DNA of 64,000 nt, taken from contig NZ_JAMOIM010000008.1 of NCBI RefSeq assembly GCF_026130545.1, forward strand, positions 153,038 to 217,037, read 5' to 3'. Position numbers and translations under genes: made by a program. The DNA comes from Lichenifustis flavocetrariae (GTDB lineage Bacteria > Pseudomonadota > Alphaproteobacteria > Rhizobiales > Beijerinckiaceae). This document shows, one piece after another, positions 45,110-55,010 of this stretch (its first letter is position 1; the number at the start of each line of letters is the position of its first letter). The notes under the pieces are model-generated. The model did no database searches, was not told where the DNA came from, and worked only from the letters and a program-made list of their open reading frames with translations.

Positions 45110-46129
45110 TTAATCTTTGTAGATGAACTTCGCCACGTCGGGCTGGTCGATATTCTCCTTGTCCATGACCGTGAATCCGGTCCCGATGGTGGTCGGAATG
45201 GATTGGCCGGTCAGGTGTGCATAGGCAGAGATCACGCCGTAATAGCCAATCTCGGCCGGATGCTGTGCGATAGCGCCGTCGATCAGGCCCGATTTGATGT
45301 TGCCCACGATGGTGGTCGGTGCATCGAAGGCGATGACCTTGACTTTGCCGGCCTGCCCGGCCTGCTGCACGCCATTGGCAGCGCCGAGTGCCGAGAACAG
45401 ATTGGCGCCGAACACGCCCGCGAGATCCGAGTTGCGCGCATAAACGGATTGCAATTGCGAGGCCGCCTTGTTGGCGTCGTCGTCGTTAAACTGCGTCTGC
45501 AGCACCGTGATGCCGGGATGGGCCTTCATCTCTTCCTTGAAGCCTTCCTCGCGCTGATCCGTCGTCGAGACGCCAGGCTTCACGTTCGACACATAGACCT
45601 TGCCCTTGTCGCCAATGGCCTTGGCCAAGGCCCGGGCAGCCATCTTGCCGCCCATCACATTGTCCGAGGCGATGTAGGCCAACGGGAAGTCCGCGTCGCC
45701 GCTGCCTGTCTGGTAATTGCCGGTGCCGATGAACGTGTCGACGGTGATGACCGGGATGCCGGCATCGGCCGCCTTCTTGAGCGGCTGCACAAGCTGGGTC
45801 TTATCGGTCGGTGCGATCAAGATCGCGTCGGGGTGGCGGGCAATCACGGCATCCAGAACCGGCGCCTGCTGCACCGGGTTGAACTCAGGTGCGCCCTGAA
45901 ACACGAGATCCGCGCCGACCGCCTTGGCGGCAGCCTCGGCTCCCTTGCGCATCGTGATGTAGAACGCATCCGTAGTCAGCCCCGGAACCAAGGCGATGGT
46001 AAACTTTTTCTTGTCTTGTGCTTGCGCGCTGCCGAGAACCGCAGATGCGCTAAAGACTACGGCAGCCAGCGCCGTCATGGTTTTCTTCAATGTACCCTCC
46101 CAATACTGGTTCGACCTGTGATCGCCCAA
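45110..46129 (-). CDS. Periplasmic sugar-binding protein of ABC transporter (RbsB/LacI-fold family)
   Basis: Signal peptide 'MTALAAVVFSASAVLGSAQA'; periplasmic binding protein type-I fold ('ALVPGLTTDAFYITMRKGAEAAA...IPVITVD'). Confidence 0.85.
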   Translation of the reverse strand: MGDHRSNQYWEGTLKKTMTALAAVVFSASAVLGSAQAQDKKKFTIALVPGLTTDAFYITMRKGAEAAAKAVGADLVFQGAPEFNPVQQAPVLDAVIARHPDAILIAPTDKTQLVQPLKKAADAGIPVITVDTFIGTGNYQTGSGDADFPLAYIASDNVMGGKMAARALAKAIGDKGKVYVSNVKPGVSTTDQREEGFKEEMKAHPGITVLQTQFNDDDANKAASQLQSVYARNSDLAGVFGANLFSALGAANGVQQAGQAGKVKVIAFDAPTTIVGNIKSGLIDGAIAQHPAEIGYYGVISAYAHLTGQSIPTTIGTGFTVMDKENIDQPDVAKFIYKD

Positions 46130-46341
46130 CCGCTCAATTCGAGCTTGTTATTGCAGGTCCAAGCTAGATTGGCAGATCGCTCGCGTCAATCCAAAAGTTG
46201 ACGCGCGCAAAGTTTTGCCGCATGCCTGACGCCGACGAGAGAACTGAGGATGTACGAATTGGTCGAGAGACAGGCCATCGTTTCGCTGGGGCCGCGGGTG
46301 AGCGGTGCGCCTTGTCCGTGAACGACCAAGCGGTTCGGAAC

Positions 46342-47352
46342 ATGGTCGAGTTCTCGCAACTCAGCGGGATTTCGCGGCCGACCTTGTCCAAATATTTCAA
46401 CGATCCCACGAGCGTCCGACCCTCGACCCGTGCGCAGATCGAAAAGGCTCTGCAGCGCTACGACTATCGTCCCAACCTCTTTGCGGTAAATCTCAATAAG
46501 CGCCGGCCCAAGATCATCGGCATGATCGTGCCCGATCTCACTGATCCGTTTTTCTCTCAGATGGTTCAGCACATCGAGGGGCGCTGCAAAGCGCTGGGCC
46601 TGTTCCTTCTCGTGCTCAGTTCACGCGGCGACGCCAAACTCGAAGCGAGGGCGATCGAGACCCTCCTGTCGCTCAAGATTGCGGGGGCCGTGATGGCGCC
46701 CCTCGGACAGGCTTCGAAAGTCTCCCTGATCCATAGCCTGCAGGCCCGTATCCCGATCGTGTTTCTGGATTCGCGGCTCGACGAAACGACGCCATTCGTC
46801 GGCACCAACAATTATCAGAGCGTGCCGCTGATCACCGAATATCTGTGCCGGACGGGCGAGCGGCCGACCTTCTTCGAAATGCCGGCCGTGAACCATAATG
46901 CCTCCGAACGCCGAGATGCCTATCTGAAGACGATGGAGCGCCTCGGCCTTCAACCGGAATTCATCACGGTGCCGCCCCGCCGCGACTGGCGCTTCGAAGA
47001 TGTCGGCTATACCGAAGCCTTGCGGGTCATCGACAGCAAGGGTGGGCTGCCCAGCCGGACGCTGCTCTGCGCGAATGACCGGATCGCGATGGGCGTGGTG
47101 GCCGCAGCCTTCCAGCGCGGTCTCAAGGTCGGCCGTGAGCCCGATTGCCATCTCCGTATCGCGGGACATGACGATCAGCCTTCGAGCCGCTACCTCTGCC
47201 CGCCTCTGACCACCGTCGCCCAGGAGTTCGACCGCCTCGGGCAGGTGTCGCTCGATCTTCTGATGACGCGGATCGATGCTGGCGAGAACCGCTCGACCCT
47301 TCCTGAGCAGATCCGCCTCGACGCGCGGCTGGTGATGCGCGCTTCGGCCTGA
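46342..47352 (+). CDS. LacI-family transcriptional regulator
   Basis: From the internal Met: HTH 'MVEFSQLSGISRPTLSKYFN' followed by a periplasmic-binding-like effector domain ('KIIGMIVPDLTDPFF'). Divergent from the ABC operon. Confidence 0.8.
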   Translation: MVEFSQLSGISRPTLSKYFNDPTSVRPSTRAQIEKALQRYDYRPNLFAVNLNKRRPKIIGMIVPDLTDPFFSQMVQHIEGRCKALGLFLLVLSSRGDAKLEARAIETLLSLKIAGAVMAPLGQASKVSLIHSLQARIPIVFLDSRLDETTPFVGTNNYQSVPLITEYLCRTGERPTFFEMPAVNHNASERRDAYLKTMERLGLQPEFITVPPRRDWRFEDVGYTEALRVIDSKGGLPSRTLLCANDRIAMGVVAAAFQRGLKVGREPDCHLRIAGHDDQPSSRYLCPPLTTVAQEFDRLGQVSLDLLMTRIDAGENRSTLPEQIRLDARLVMRASA

Positions 47353-47397
47353 TCGCGCCGGACTGTCCCGGGCAGTGACTTCTGCTATGGGAGTGGG

Positions 47398-48219
47398 ATG
47401 ACGTTCAGTGAGACTTCCCCGTCCCTCGGCCAAGATTCGGAGCCCGGTTCGAGTGCCCTTCCGGCGGCCCGGCAGAACCGGCTGCTGGAGCTTCTGCGGC
47501 AGCGCGGGCAGGCCACGGTCGCTGAACTTGTCGCCTTGCTCGATGTCTCGCGCGATACGATCCGGCGCGACCTCGACCTGATGGAACGGCGCGGGCTCTT
47601 GGTGCGGACCCATGGGGGGGCGATCGATAAAACCCGTATGGTCCGGGTCGACACGAGCCTGCGCAGCCGCATGGATGAGCATGCCGACGCCAAGCAGCGC
47701 ATCGGACGTGCCGCGGCGGGCCTCGTCCGCGATAGCGAAACCCTGATTCTGAATGGCGGATCGACCACATGCGCCTTCGCGGCAGCCCTGACGGAGCGCC
47801 GCAACCTGACGGTGGTGACCAACAATCTCCGCGTCCCTCCCGTGACGCCGGAAGGCGCGGTGCGTGCCGTCTATGTCATGGGAGGGACCTACTGGGCCGT
47901 CTCCCAGGTCACCATCGGGCCGATCGGTCTGCCCGGCATTGCCGGATTCGGCGCCGACACGGCTGTGATCGGTGTCACGGGGATCACGGCCGCCGGCATC
48001 ACGATGGGGCGGCTCGAGGAAGCGACTGAAACGGCCGGAATGATCGAGGTGGCCAAGCGAAGCATCGTTCTTGTCGACCGCAGCAAATTTGGCGTCACGG
48101 CCTTCGCGCAGATCGCGCCCCTGGACAGGATCGAGCATCTCGTCACCGACGCCGAGCCGCCCCCCGATGTGGCGGCGGCGCTGGAAGCCGCCGGCGTGCA
48201 GGTGCTGGTCTGCCGTTAG
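47398..48219 (+). CDS. DeoR/GlpR-family transcriptional regulator
   Basis: 'RQNRLLELLRQRGQATVAELVALLDVSRDTIRRDLDLMERRGLLVRTHGGA' is the DeoR HTH; C-terminal sugar-phosphate-binding domain. Confidence 0.8.
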   Translation: MTFSETSPSLGQDSEPGSSALPAARQNRLLELLRQRGQATVAELVALLDVSRDTIRRDLDLMERRGLLVRTHGGAIDKTRMVRVDTSLRSRMDEHADAKQRIGRAAAGLVRDSETLILNGGSTTCAFAAALTERRNLTVVTNNLRVPPVTPEGAVRAVYVMGGTYWAVSQVTIGPIGLPGIAGFGADTAVIGVTGITAAGITMGRLEEATETAGMIEVAKRSIVLVDRSKFGVTAFAQIAPLDRIEHLVTDAEPPPDVAAALEAAGVQVLVCR

Positions 48220-48253
48220 GCCGACATTCTGTGCCGTTCGGTCGATGCTCGCT

Positions 48254-49357
48254 TCAGGCCGCGCGTTCCTCTCCGGGAAACAACGACAGGAGGCCGGCTT
48301 CTGAGGCGGCGCAGACGCCGCGCTCGGTGATCAGACCTGTCACAAGCCGGGCCGGCGTCACGTCGAAGCCGTAGTTGAGGGCAGGGCTGTTCTTCGGGGT
48401 GACACGGATCGTGGCGATGTCCCCTTCCGCGGTCTCGCCTGACATGTGGGTGACTTCCGTCGCCTCGCGTTCTTCGATCGGGATCTCCTTGACACCGTCG
48501 CGCATGCGCCAATCGATCGTCGAGGCCGGCAGGGCGACATAGAACGGTACGCCATTGTCGTGCGCCGCGAGCGCCTTGAGATAGGTGCCGACCTTGTTGC
48601 AAACGTCGCCGGTCCGCGTCGTGCGATCGGTGCCGACGATGCACAGATCCACCATCCCATGCTGCATGAGATGGCCGCCGACATTGTCGACCACGACCGT
48701 ATGCGGCACGCCCTCGCTGCCGAGCTCGTAGGCCGTCAGGCTGGCGCCTTGGTTGCGGGGCCGGGTCTCGTCCACCCAGACATGCACAGGCACGCCGGCG
48801 CGGTGGGCCTTGTAGACGGGGGCAAGCGCGGTGCCCCAATCGACTGTTGCGAGCCAACCGGCGTTACAATGGGTCAGCACGTTCACGGGCTGGCTGCGGC
48901 CCGTCCGGCGCCAGGCCGCAGCGATCAGTTCGGCGCCATGCTGGCCGAGCGCGGAGCAGACTGCGACATCCTCGTCGGCGATTGCGGCCGCCTCGGCATA
49001 GGCGGCGTTGCGACGCCGATCCGGAGCGATCGGGCCGAGATGACCACGCATGCGTTCGAGCGCCCAACGCAGGTTGACGGCCGTCGGGCGCGCCACCAGG
49101 AGCTGGTCGAAGGCACTCTGCAAATGGGCATCAGAGGGATCTTGGTTCATCGCAAGCGCGAGACCGTAGGCGCCCGCGGCGCCGATCAGCGGCGCCCCTC
49201 GGACGGTCATGTCGCGGATCGCGAGAGCCGCGTCCGTCGCGGAGTGCAGGGTCTTTATCGCGAACCTGTGCGGCAGGACCGTCTGATCGATGACGTTGAC
49301 CACGCGCGAGTCCCCATCACACCAAATGGTCCGGAATGCCGAGTCGCCGATCTTCAT
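48254..49357 (-). CDS. mtnA: S-methyl-5-thioribose-1-phosphate isomerase
   Basis: eIF-2B-like family: '[21 protein letters not shown]...[22 protein letters not shown]' and '[21 protein letters not shown]'. Confidence 0.85.
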   Translation of the reverse strand: MKIGDSAFRTIWCDGDSRVVNVIDQTVLPHRFAIKTLHSATDAALAIRDMTVRGAPLIGAAGAYGLALAMNQDPSDAHLQSAFDQLLVARPTAVNLRWALERMRGHLGPIAPDRRRNAAYAEAAAIADEDVAVCSALGQHGAELIAAAWRRTGRSQPVNVLTHCNAGWLATVDWGTALAPVYKAHRAGVPVHVWVDETRPRNQGASLTAYELGSEGVPHTVVVDNVGGHLMQHGMVDLCIVGTDRTTRTGDVCNKVGTYLKALAAHDNGVPFYVALPASTIDWRMRDGVKEIPIEEREATEVTHMSGETAEGDIATIRVTPKNSPALNYGFDVTPARLVTGLITERGVCAASEAGLLSLFPGEERAA

Positions 49358-49446
49358 GTAAGCCTGTTCGGAAATGTGCGGCTCACATGCCGCGGTTTGC
49401 GCTGCAACCTAGCGAAAGCCTGTCGGGACGGAAAGCACCTGCCAGC

Positions 49447-51177
49447 TCAGGCCGCCAACGGCGTCCGCAACTTAAGCGCGATATCCCGCGCCTTTGGAAT
49501 AAAAACCACCGGAATGGCCTCGTTCAAACCGCGGACCTCCCGCTGTTCCGTGTGGAAGTCCGTGACATCGAGGCCAGCACAGGCGGCGACTTCCGCCGAC
49601 AAGGCGATCTGCACACCGGCAGCCTTGGCCATGGCTTCGAGCCGGCTCGCGACGTTCATGGCGAGTCCGATCACCGACAGGGATTGCGATTCGCGATAGC
49701 CGACCCGGCCCATCACGTGCGGTCCGGCGTGCAATCCCATGGCGATGCCGATGGGTGACTGCAGCTCATCGGCGATTTCTGCATTCAGGCTGGCGACCGC
49801 TTCGTCAATGCGCGAGGCCGCGAGCAGCGCAGCCCGGCATGCCGCGTCGAGACCGGATTCGCCCGAGAAAAGGGCGATCATGCCGTCGCCGGCATAATTG
49901 GAGATCCATCCGCCCATGTCATAGACGGGCTGCCCCACTGTGGCGAAGAACCGGTTGAGGATGAATACGACATCAAAGGGAAGCTTGCGCTCCGTAAGCG
50001 CCGTGAACCCGCGCATGTCGACAAACAGGACCGCAAGATCCTGCTCCACGCCGGAGGAGTCATCATGGGTAAGCTGTTGCGTGAGGGGATGTACGGGGTT
50101 CGGCGCGGCGCCGACGCGGAGAAGCGGCATGACGGTGACGTCGACCAGTGGCCGCGCCTGACAAGCCAGCCGAATGCCGGGGCCGGCCTTGATGGCTCGC
50201 AAAGTCGCCAACTCGGCCGGACCGGGTGGGCTCAATCCGCTCTGTGCCGTCATCACCAGCACGCGGCAGGTGGAGCAGCGCCCCCGTCCACCGCACACTG
50301 ACATGTGGGGAATGCCGTTCGCACGGCTGATCTCAAGCAGTGTCGGTCCGGCCTGGGTCTTGACCTGAGGGCCTGCCACATAGCGGACCAGCAGGTTTCG
50401 AGCCCGGCGCTGGAGCAGAAGGCGCAAAGCGATGCCGGCAAGGATGACCAAGATCAGCGCGAGTGTCGCGATCTGCGCGCGGTCACGCAATGTGGTGATG
50501 CGCGTCTGCGTCGCCGGATCGGGCCATTTGGTGTCGGCCTTGAAGGCCGCAAAGGATTTTGGCTCCGCAATGGCGGAACTGATGGCTCGCCCCTGGACCG
50601 AAATCCCCGTGAAAGCCGCGAAAGGCAGGAGAACCGCGAGCGCGAGAAGAACGGGCGTCGTGCGCTGATAAAAGGATGAGAGCCGAAGCCAGAAATGGAC
50701 GCCGATGCATCCGTGAATCCAGACGACCAACATGAGAACCGTCTGAATGTCGATGGCCGATGGCCAGATGCGCAGGAGTTCGTACGGATAGGTTGTGTTG
50801 ATGCCGAAGAGAACCGCCGAGACACGCGTGTTGACGATGTGCGGGACGAGAAGCACCGGGATCATGAGGCCGAGAGCGATTTGACCGGCCTCCCAGGCCG
50901 GCATCCTCAGCGTTCGGCGTCGCGATAATTTCATGATGGACAGGATCATGTGAGCGAGGAAAGCCGCGAGCAGAACGAGTGTACCGGGCACTGAACGGAT
51001 CACCGCGACGCGCCAGCCATCGAACGCGATCATGGCGTCGAGGCTGACAAGACCAAGCGCGTGGTTGAGAAAATGAGTGGCGGCAAACACGAACAGGATC
51101 AGGCCGGACGCGAGCCGGATCCGTTGCGTCGTGGAGCCGCGCCAAAGCACCTTCATCTGCGACCCCGCTTCATTCAT
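49447..51177 (-). CDS. Membrane-anchored class III adenylate/guanylate cyclase with internal 2Fe-2S ferredoxin domain
   Basis: N-terminal ~6 TM helices; plant-type ferredoxin cluster 'CGGRGRCSTCRV...LACQARP'; C-terminal CHD cyclase 'LAVLFVDMRGFTALTE...YAGDGMIALFSGE...LSVIGLAMNVASRLEAMAK'. Confidence 0.75.
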   Translation of the reverse strand: MNEAGSQMKVLWRGSTTQRIRLASGLILFVFAATHFLNHALGLVSLDAMIAFDGWRVAVIRSVPGTLVLLAAFLAHMILSIMKLSRRRTLRMPAWEAGQIALGLMIPVLLVPHIVNTRVSAVLFGINTTYPYELLRIWPSAIDIQTVLMLVVWIHGCIGVHFWLRLSSFYQRTTPVLLALAVLLPFAAFTGISVQGRAISSAIAEPKSFAAFKADTKWPDPATQTRITTLRDRAQIATLALILVILAGIALRLLLQRRARNLLVRYVAGPQVKTQAGPTLLEISRANGIPHMSVCGGRGRCSTCRVLVMTAQSGLSPPGPAELATLRAIKAGPGIRLACQARPLVDVTVMPLLRVGAAPNPVHPLTQQLTHDDSSGVEQDLAVLFVDMRGFTALTERKLPFDVVFILNRFFATVGQPVYDMGGWISNYAGDGMIALFSGESGLDAACRAALLAASRIDEAVASLNAEIADELQSPIGIAMGLHAGPHVMGRVGYRESQSLSVIGLAMNVASRLEAMAKAAGVQIALSAEVAACAGLDVTDFHTEQREVRGLNEAIPVVFIPKARDIALKLRTPLAA

Positions 51178-51336
51178 CGTGGTGATGGTCTACATCCTTG
51201 CCGACGGCCGGGCGAGGATCGGTTCTGCGTTGGGCGAATCGAGCGATCCGCGCCTAAAGAGCTCAAAAACAAGGCAGGCAAACCGACAATTCCGCACAAC
51301 GTCTCGGCTTGACAAGAACCATTCCAAACTGAAAAC

Positions 51337-52737
51337 TTGACCGTACGGTCAGATTTCGGCCGTGAGGACCGGAGGGGTGCGATGGCTTATGCCTCGGACG
51401 GGATCGCCAGCCACCGGCTGCCGCCCGACGACTATGTCAGGAATTTTGCCGACCTGACGCCCCCTCTTTCCCGACACGAAGCAACCGTTGCGGCCGACCG
51501 CTGCTACTTCTGCTACGATGCGCCTTGCGCCCAGGCGTGCCCGACCCACATCGACATTCCGCTGTTCATCCGGCAGATCACCACCGCGAACCCGCATGGC
51601 GCGGCCGAGACCATTCTCGGCGCCAATATCATGGGCGGCATGTGCGCCCGCGTCTGTCCGGTGGAGCAACTCTGCGAAGAGGCCTGCGTGCGTGAGCATG
51701 CCGAAGGCAAGCCGGTGCAGATCGGGCTCCTCCAGCGCTACGCGACCGACACGCTGATGGCCGAGCGTGAGGGGCAGCCCTTCGTCCGGCAACCTGACAC
51801 CGGAAAAAGGATCGCTGTCGTTGGAGCAGGCCCGGCGGGTCTCTCCTGCGCGCACCGGCTCGCGATGCTCGGCCACGGTGTGACCGTGTTCGACGCCAAG
51901 CCGAAGGCGGGCGGCCTCAATGAATACGGCATCGCCACCTACAAGACCACGAACGACTTTGCCCAGCGCGAGGTCGACTTCATCCTGTCGATCGGGGGCA
52001 TCTCGGTCGAAACCGGCAAGGCGCTCGGACGCGACGTCACTCTCACCCAATTGCAGGCCGATTACGATGCCGTTTTCCTCGGCATGGGCCTCGCGGGCTT
52101 CAACAGCCTGAGCGGGATGCCGGAATTCGCGCAGGTCACCGATGCGGTGCCGTTCATCGAGGAGCTGCGGCAGGCGTCCGACAAGGCCACCGTTCCCGTT
52201 GGCCGTAAGGTGGTGGTGATCGGGGGCGGCATGACGGCCATCGATGCCGCCGTGCAGGCCAAGAAGCTTGGAGCCGAAGAGGTCACCATCGCGTACCGGC
52301 GTGGACCGGAGCACATGAAGGCGAGCCAGTTCGAGCAGGATTTAGCCAAGACGAGTGGGGTCACGATCCGGCATTGGGCCGTCCCCAAAAGTTTTGATGG
52401 CACCGATGGCCGGTTGACGACGGTCCTGTTCGATCATGCCCCACCCGGCCTGAACGGCCCGCCCGAGACCGTCGCGATCCAGGCCGACATGGTCTTGGCT
52501 GCGATCGGTCAGAGCCTGTTCGACGAACCGCTCGGGCGAACGGTGGCGCTCTCTGGGGGCCGTATCGTGGTCGACGCGGAGCGGCGCACCTCGCATACGG
52601 GCGTTTGGGCGGGCGGCGACTGCGTGTTCGGCGGCCAGGACCTCACGGTCGCGGCAGTCGAGGACGGCAAACAGGCGGCTCTGTCGATCGATCGGTTCCT
52701 GCGCGGCGCGCAGGCTCTTCCTCAAGCGGCGGAGTGA
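51337..52737 (+). CDS. preT: NAD-dependent dihydropyrimidine dehydrogenase subunit PreT (GltD-like)
   Basis: N-terminal Fe-S cysteines 'CYFCYDAPCAQACPTHIDIP...GMCARVCPVEQLCEEAC', FAD/NAD Rossmann 'RIAVVGAGPAGLSCAH'. Possible alternative start at 51382. Confidence 0.85.
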   Translation: MTVRSDFGREDRRGAMAYASDGIASHRLPPDDYVRNFADLTPPLSRHEATVAADRCYFCYDAPCAQACPTHIDIPLFIRQITTANPHGAAETILGANIMGGMCARVCPVEQLCEEACVREHAEGKPVQIGLLQRYATDTLMAEREGQPFVRQPDTGKRIAVVGAGPAGLSCAHRLAMLGHGVTVFDAKPKAGGLNEYGIATYKTTNDFAQREVDFILSIGGISVETGKALGRDVTLTQLQADYDAVFLGMGLAGFNSLSGMPEFAQVTDAVPFIEELRQASDKATVPVGRKVVVIGGGMTAIDAAVQAKKLGAEEVTIAYRRGPEHMKASQFEQDLAKTSGVTIRHWAVPKSFDGTDGRLTTVLFDHAPPGLNGPPETVAIQADMVLAAIGQSLFDEPLGRTVALSGGRIVVDAERRTSHTGVWAGGDCVFGGQDLTVAAVEDGKQAALSIDRFLRGAQALPQAAE

Positions 52738-52742
52738 CGCCC

Positions 52743-54056
52743 ATGGCCGACCTGTCGACCAATTTCCTTGGCATCAAATCCCCGAACCCGTTCTGGCTCG
52801 CCTCGGCGCCGCCGACCGACCGCTACGTCAATGTGACCCGCGCCTTCAAGGCCGGATGGGGCGGCGTCGTCTGGAAGACGCTCGGCGAGGACCCGCCAGT
52901 CGTCAATGTGTCGGGCCCCCGCTATGGCGCGATCCATGGAGCAGATCGACGTTTGATCGGGCTGAACAATATCGAATTGATCACCGACCGGCCGCTCGCG
53001 ATCAACCTGCAGGAGATCAAGCAGGTGAAGCGGGAGTTCCCCGACCGGGCCATGGTGGTCTCGATCATGGTGCCCTGCGAGGAAAAGAGCTGGGCGCACA
53101 TCCTGCCGATGATCGAGGAGACGGGCGCCGACGGCATCGAGCTGAACTTCGGCTGTCCGCATGGGATGTCCGAGCGAGGGATGGGATCGGCCGTGGGTCA
53201 GGTCCCCGAATATATCGAGATGGTGGCGCGCTGGTGCAAGCACTACACCCGCATGCCCGTGATCGTGAAGCTGACCCCGAACATCACCGACATCCGCCGA
53301 CCGGCCCGTGCCGCCAAGGCGGGCGGCGCCGATGCGGTGTCGCTGATCAATACCATCAATTCCGTGATGGGTGTCGACCTCGACCGCATGTGCCCGAGCC
53401 CGCATGTCGACGGCAAGGGCACGCACGGCGGCTATTGCGGCCCGGCCGTGAAGCCGATCGCGCTCAGCATGGTCAGCGAAATCGCGCGCGACGCCGAGAC
53501 ACAGGGACTACCGATCTCGGCCATCGGTGGGATCACAACTTGGCGCGACGCGGCCGAGTTCATCGCCATGGGCGCAGGCACCGTCCAGGTCTGCACCGCT
53601 GCGATGACCTACGGCTTCAAGATCGTCGAGGAGATGATCACCGGGCTCAAGAGTTGGATGGATGCCAAGGGCTACGCCTCTCTTGATGAGTTTCGGGGCA
53701 GGGCGGTCGGCAACACCACCGACTGGCAATACCTGAACCTGAACTATGTCGTGAAGGCCCGCATCGATCAGGATCTCTGCATCAAATGTGGGCGATGCCA
53801 TATCGTCTGCGAGGATACCTCGCATCAGGCGATCTGGCCCATCGTCGACGGGGTGCGCAAATTCGTGGTGAACGACGCGGAATGCGTCGGCTGCAATCTC
53901 TGCGCGGATGTTTGCCCGGTCGAAGGCTGCATCACCATGGAGCACCAGACCGAGGGCACCGACCCGCGCACCGGCCTGCGGTATGACCGGCCCTACGCCA
54001 ACTGGACCACCCATCCCAACAATCCGGCCTCGACGGTGAAGATCGCGGCGGAGTAA
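52743..54056 (+). CDS. preA: Dihydropyrimidine dehydrogenase subunit PreA (DHOD-like TIM barrel + 2x[4Fe-4S])
   Basis: From Met 'MADLSTNFLGIKSPNPFWLASAPP': 'IELNFGCPHGM' resembles the DHOD active site; C-terminal ferredoxin motifs 'CIKCGRCHIVC' and 'CVGCNLCADVCP'. Confidence 0.85.
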   Translation: MADLSTNFLGIKSPNPFWLASAPPTDRYVNVTRAFKAGWGGVVWKTLGEDPPVVNVSGPRYGAIHGADRRLIGLNNIELITDRPLAINLQEIKQVKREFPDRAMVVSIMVPCEEKSWAHILPMIEETGADGIELNFGCPHGMSERGMGSAVGQVPEYIEMVARWCKHYTRMPVIVKLTPNITDIRRPARAAKAGGADAVSLINTINSVMGVDLDRMCPSPHVDGKGTHGGYCGPAVKPIALSMVSEIARDAETQGLPISAIGGITTWRDAAEFIAMGAGTVQVCTAAMTYGFKIVEEMITGLKSWMDAKGYASLDEFRGRAVGNTTDWQYLNLNYVVKARIDQDLCIKCGRCHIVCEDTSHQAIWPIVDGVRKFVVNDAECVGCNLCADVCPVEGCITMEHQTEGTDPRTGLRYDRPYANWTTHPNNPASTVKIAAE

Positions 54057-54195
54057 GGCCCGTTCCCCGTGCGAAATCGTGATGGCCGCGCCTGTCGCGG
54101 TCACGCGCGCCTCGGAGATCAACCGAACGGGCGTCGCCCAGGCTGCGTGGATGCCCGGCTCAAGGCCGGGCATCACAACTGGAGAGGGCGGGATG

Positions 54196-54714
54196 TCAGT
54201 GCTCTTTCGGCAGAACTTCGATCTTCAGCGTTTGGGTTGCCGCGTCGCTGATTTCGACGGTGGCCGGGCCAACCTTCAGATCAAAGCGCACACTTTTGTG
54301 GATGGCTTTGCACGTATGGCTGCCCGTGAACCCGACCTGTTTCACGATCTTGCCATCCTGAACGACATCGACCCAGGCATCATCCGATAACGTGACCTGG
54401 TAGGTGTCGGCCGAAGCGATGGGCGGCAGCGCGAACGTGCCCGCATAGGCGGGATCGTGCTTCGGATGATGGGTGGGAGCCACCGGAAAAGCGACGCCAT
54501 CCTGCTTGCCGAGTTGCAGGTTCGCGGCTTCCATGAGACCAGGCAGCGGTGTCCCGTTGACGACGGTCGGGAGCCCTTCCGCCGCGAAAGCCGTGGTTTC
54601 CCGTGTCAGCGGCCACTTAAAATCAGAGCAATCGGTCTGCTGCGCGGCGGCCGGCAAGGTCGTGATCAGAGCAAGCGCGACAGCGACGCCGGCTCGGAGA
54701 GAAGTCAATTGCAT
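54196..54714 (-). CDS. Secreted hypothetical protein
   Basis: Signal peptide 'MQLTSLRAGVAVALALITTLPAAAQ'; 2 Cys; no recognisable family. Confidence 0.45.
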   Translation of the reverse strand: MQLTSLRAGVAVALALITTLPAAAQQTDCSDFKWPLTRETTAFAAEGLPTVVNGTPLPGLMEAANLQLGKQDGVAFPVAPTHHPKHDPAYAGTFALPPIASADTYQVTLSDDAWVDVVQDGKIVKQVGFTGSHTCKAIHKSVRFDLKVGPATVEISDAATQTLKIEVLPKEH

Positions 54715-54920
54715 CAGTCCACCGCAACCATGACGTCCGACGCCTTGATGACCGCATAGGCATCCTGGCCCGGTTTCAACCCGAGGTCGTCGACGGCCTC
54801 ATTGGTGATCGAGGCCGTCACGATCGTCCCACCGACATCGATGCGAACGTGCGACGTTGTCTGCCCCTTGGTGACCTCAACGACCTTTCCCTTGAGCTGA
54901 TTGCGGGCACTGAGACGCAT
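54714..54920 (-). CDS. mop: Molybdopterin/molybdate-binding TOBE-domain protein (Mop)
   Basis: 68 aa; 'RNQLKGKVVEV...VRIDVGGTIVTASIT...GLKPGQDAYAVIKASDVMV' is the classic Mop/TOBE fold sequence. Confidence 0.8.
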   Translation of the reverse strand: MRLSARNQLKGKVVEVTKGQTTSHVRIDVGGTIVTASITNEAVDDLGLKPGQDAYAVIKASDVMVAVD

Positions 54921-55010
54921 GTATTTTCCTCACTCACGATGGGCTTGTCGCTCGACTTCCGTCGCGCGCGCCCGGCAAGCTTAACAGGCGCTTCGGATGA
55001 TGGGAATGTC

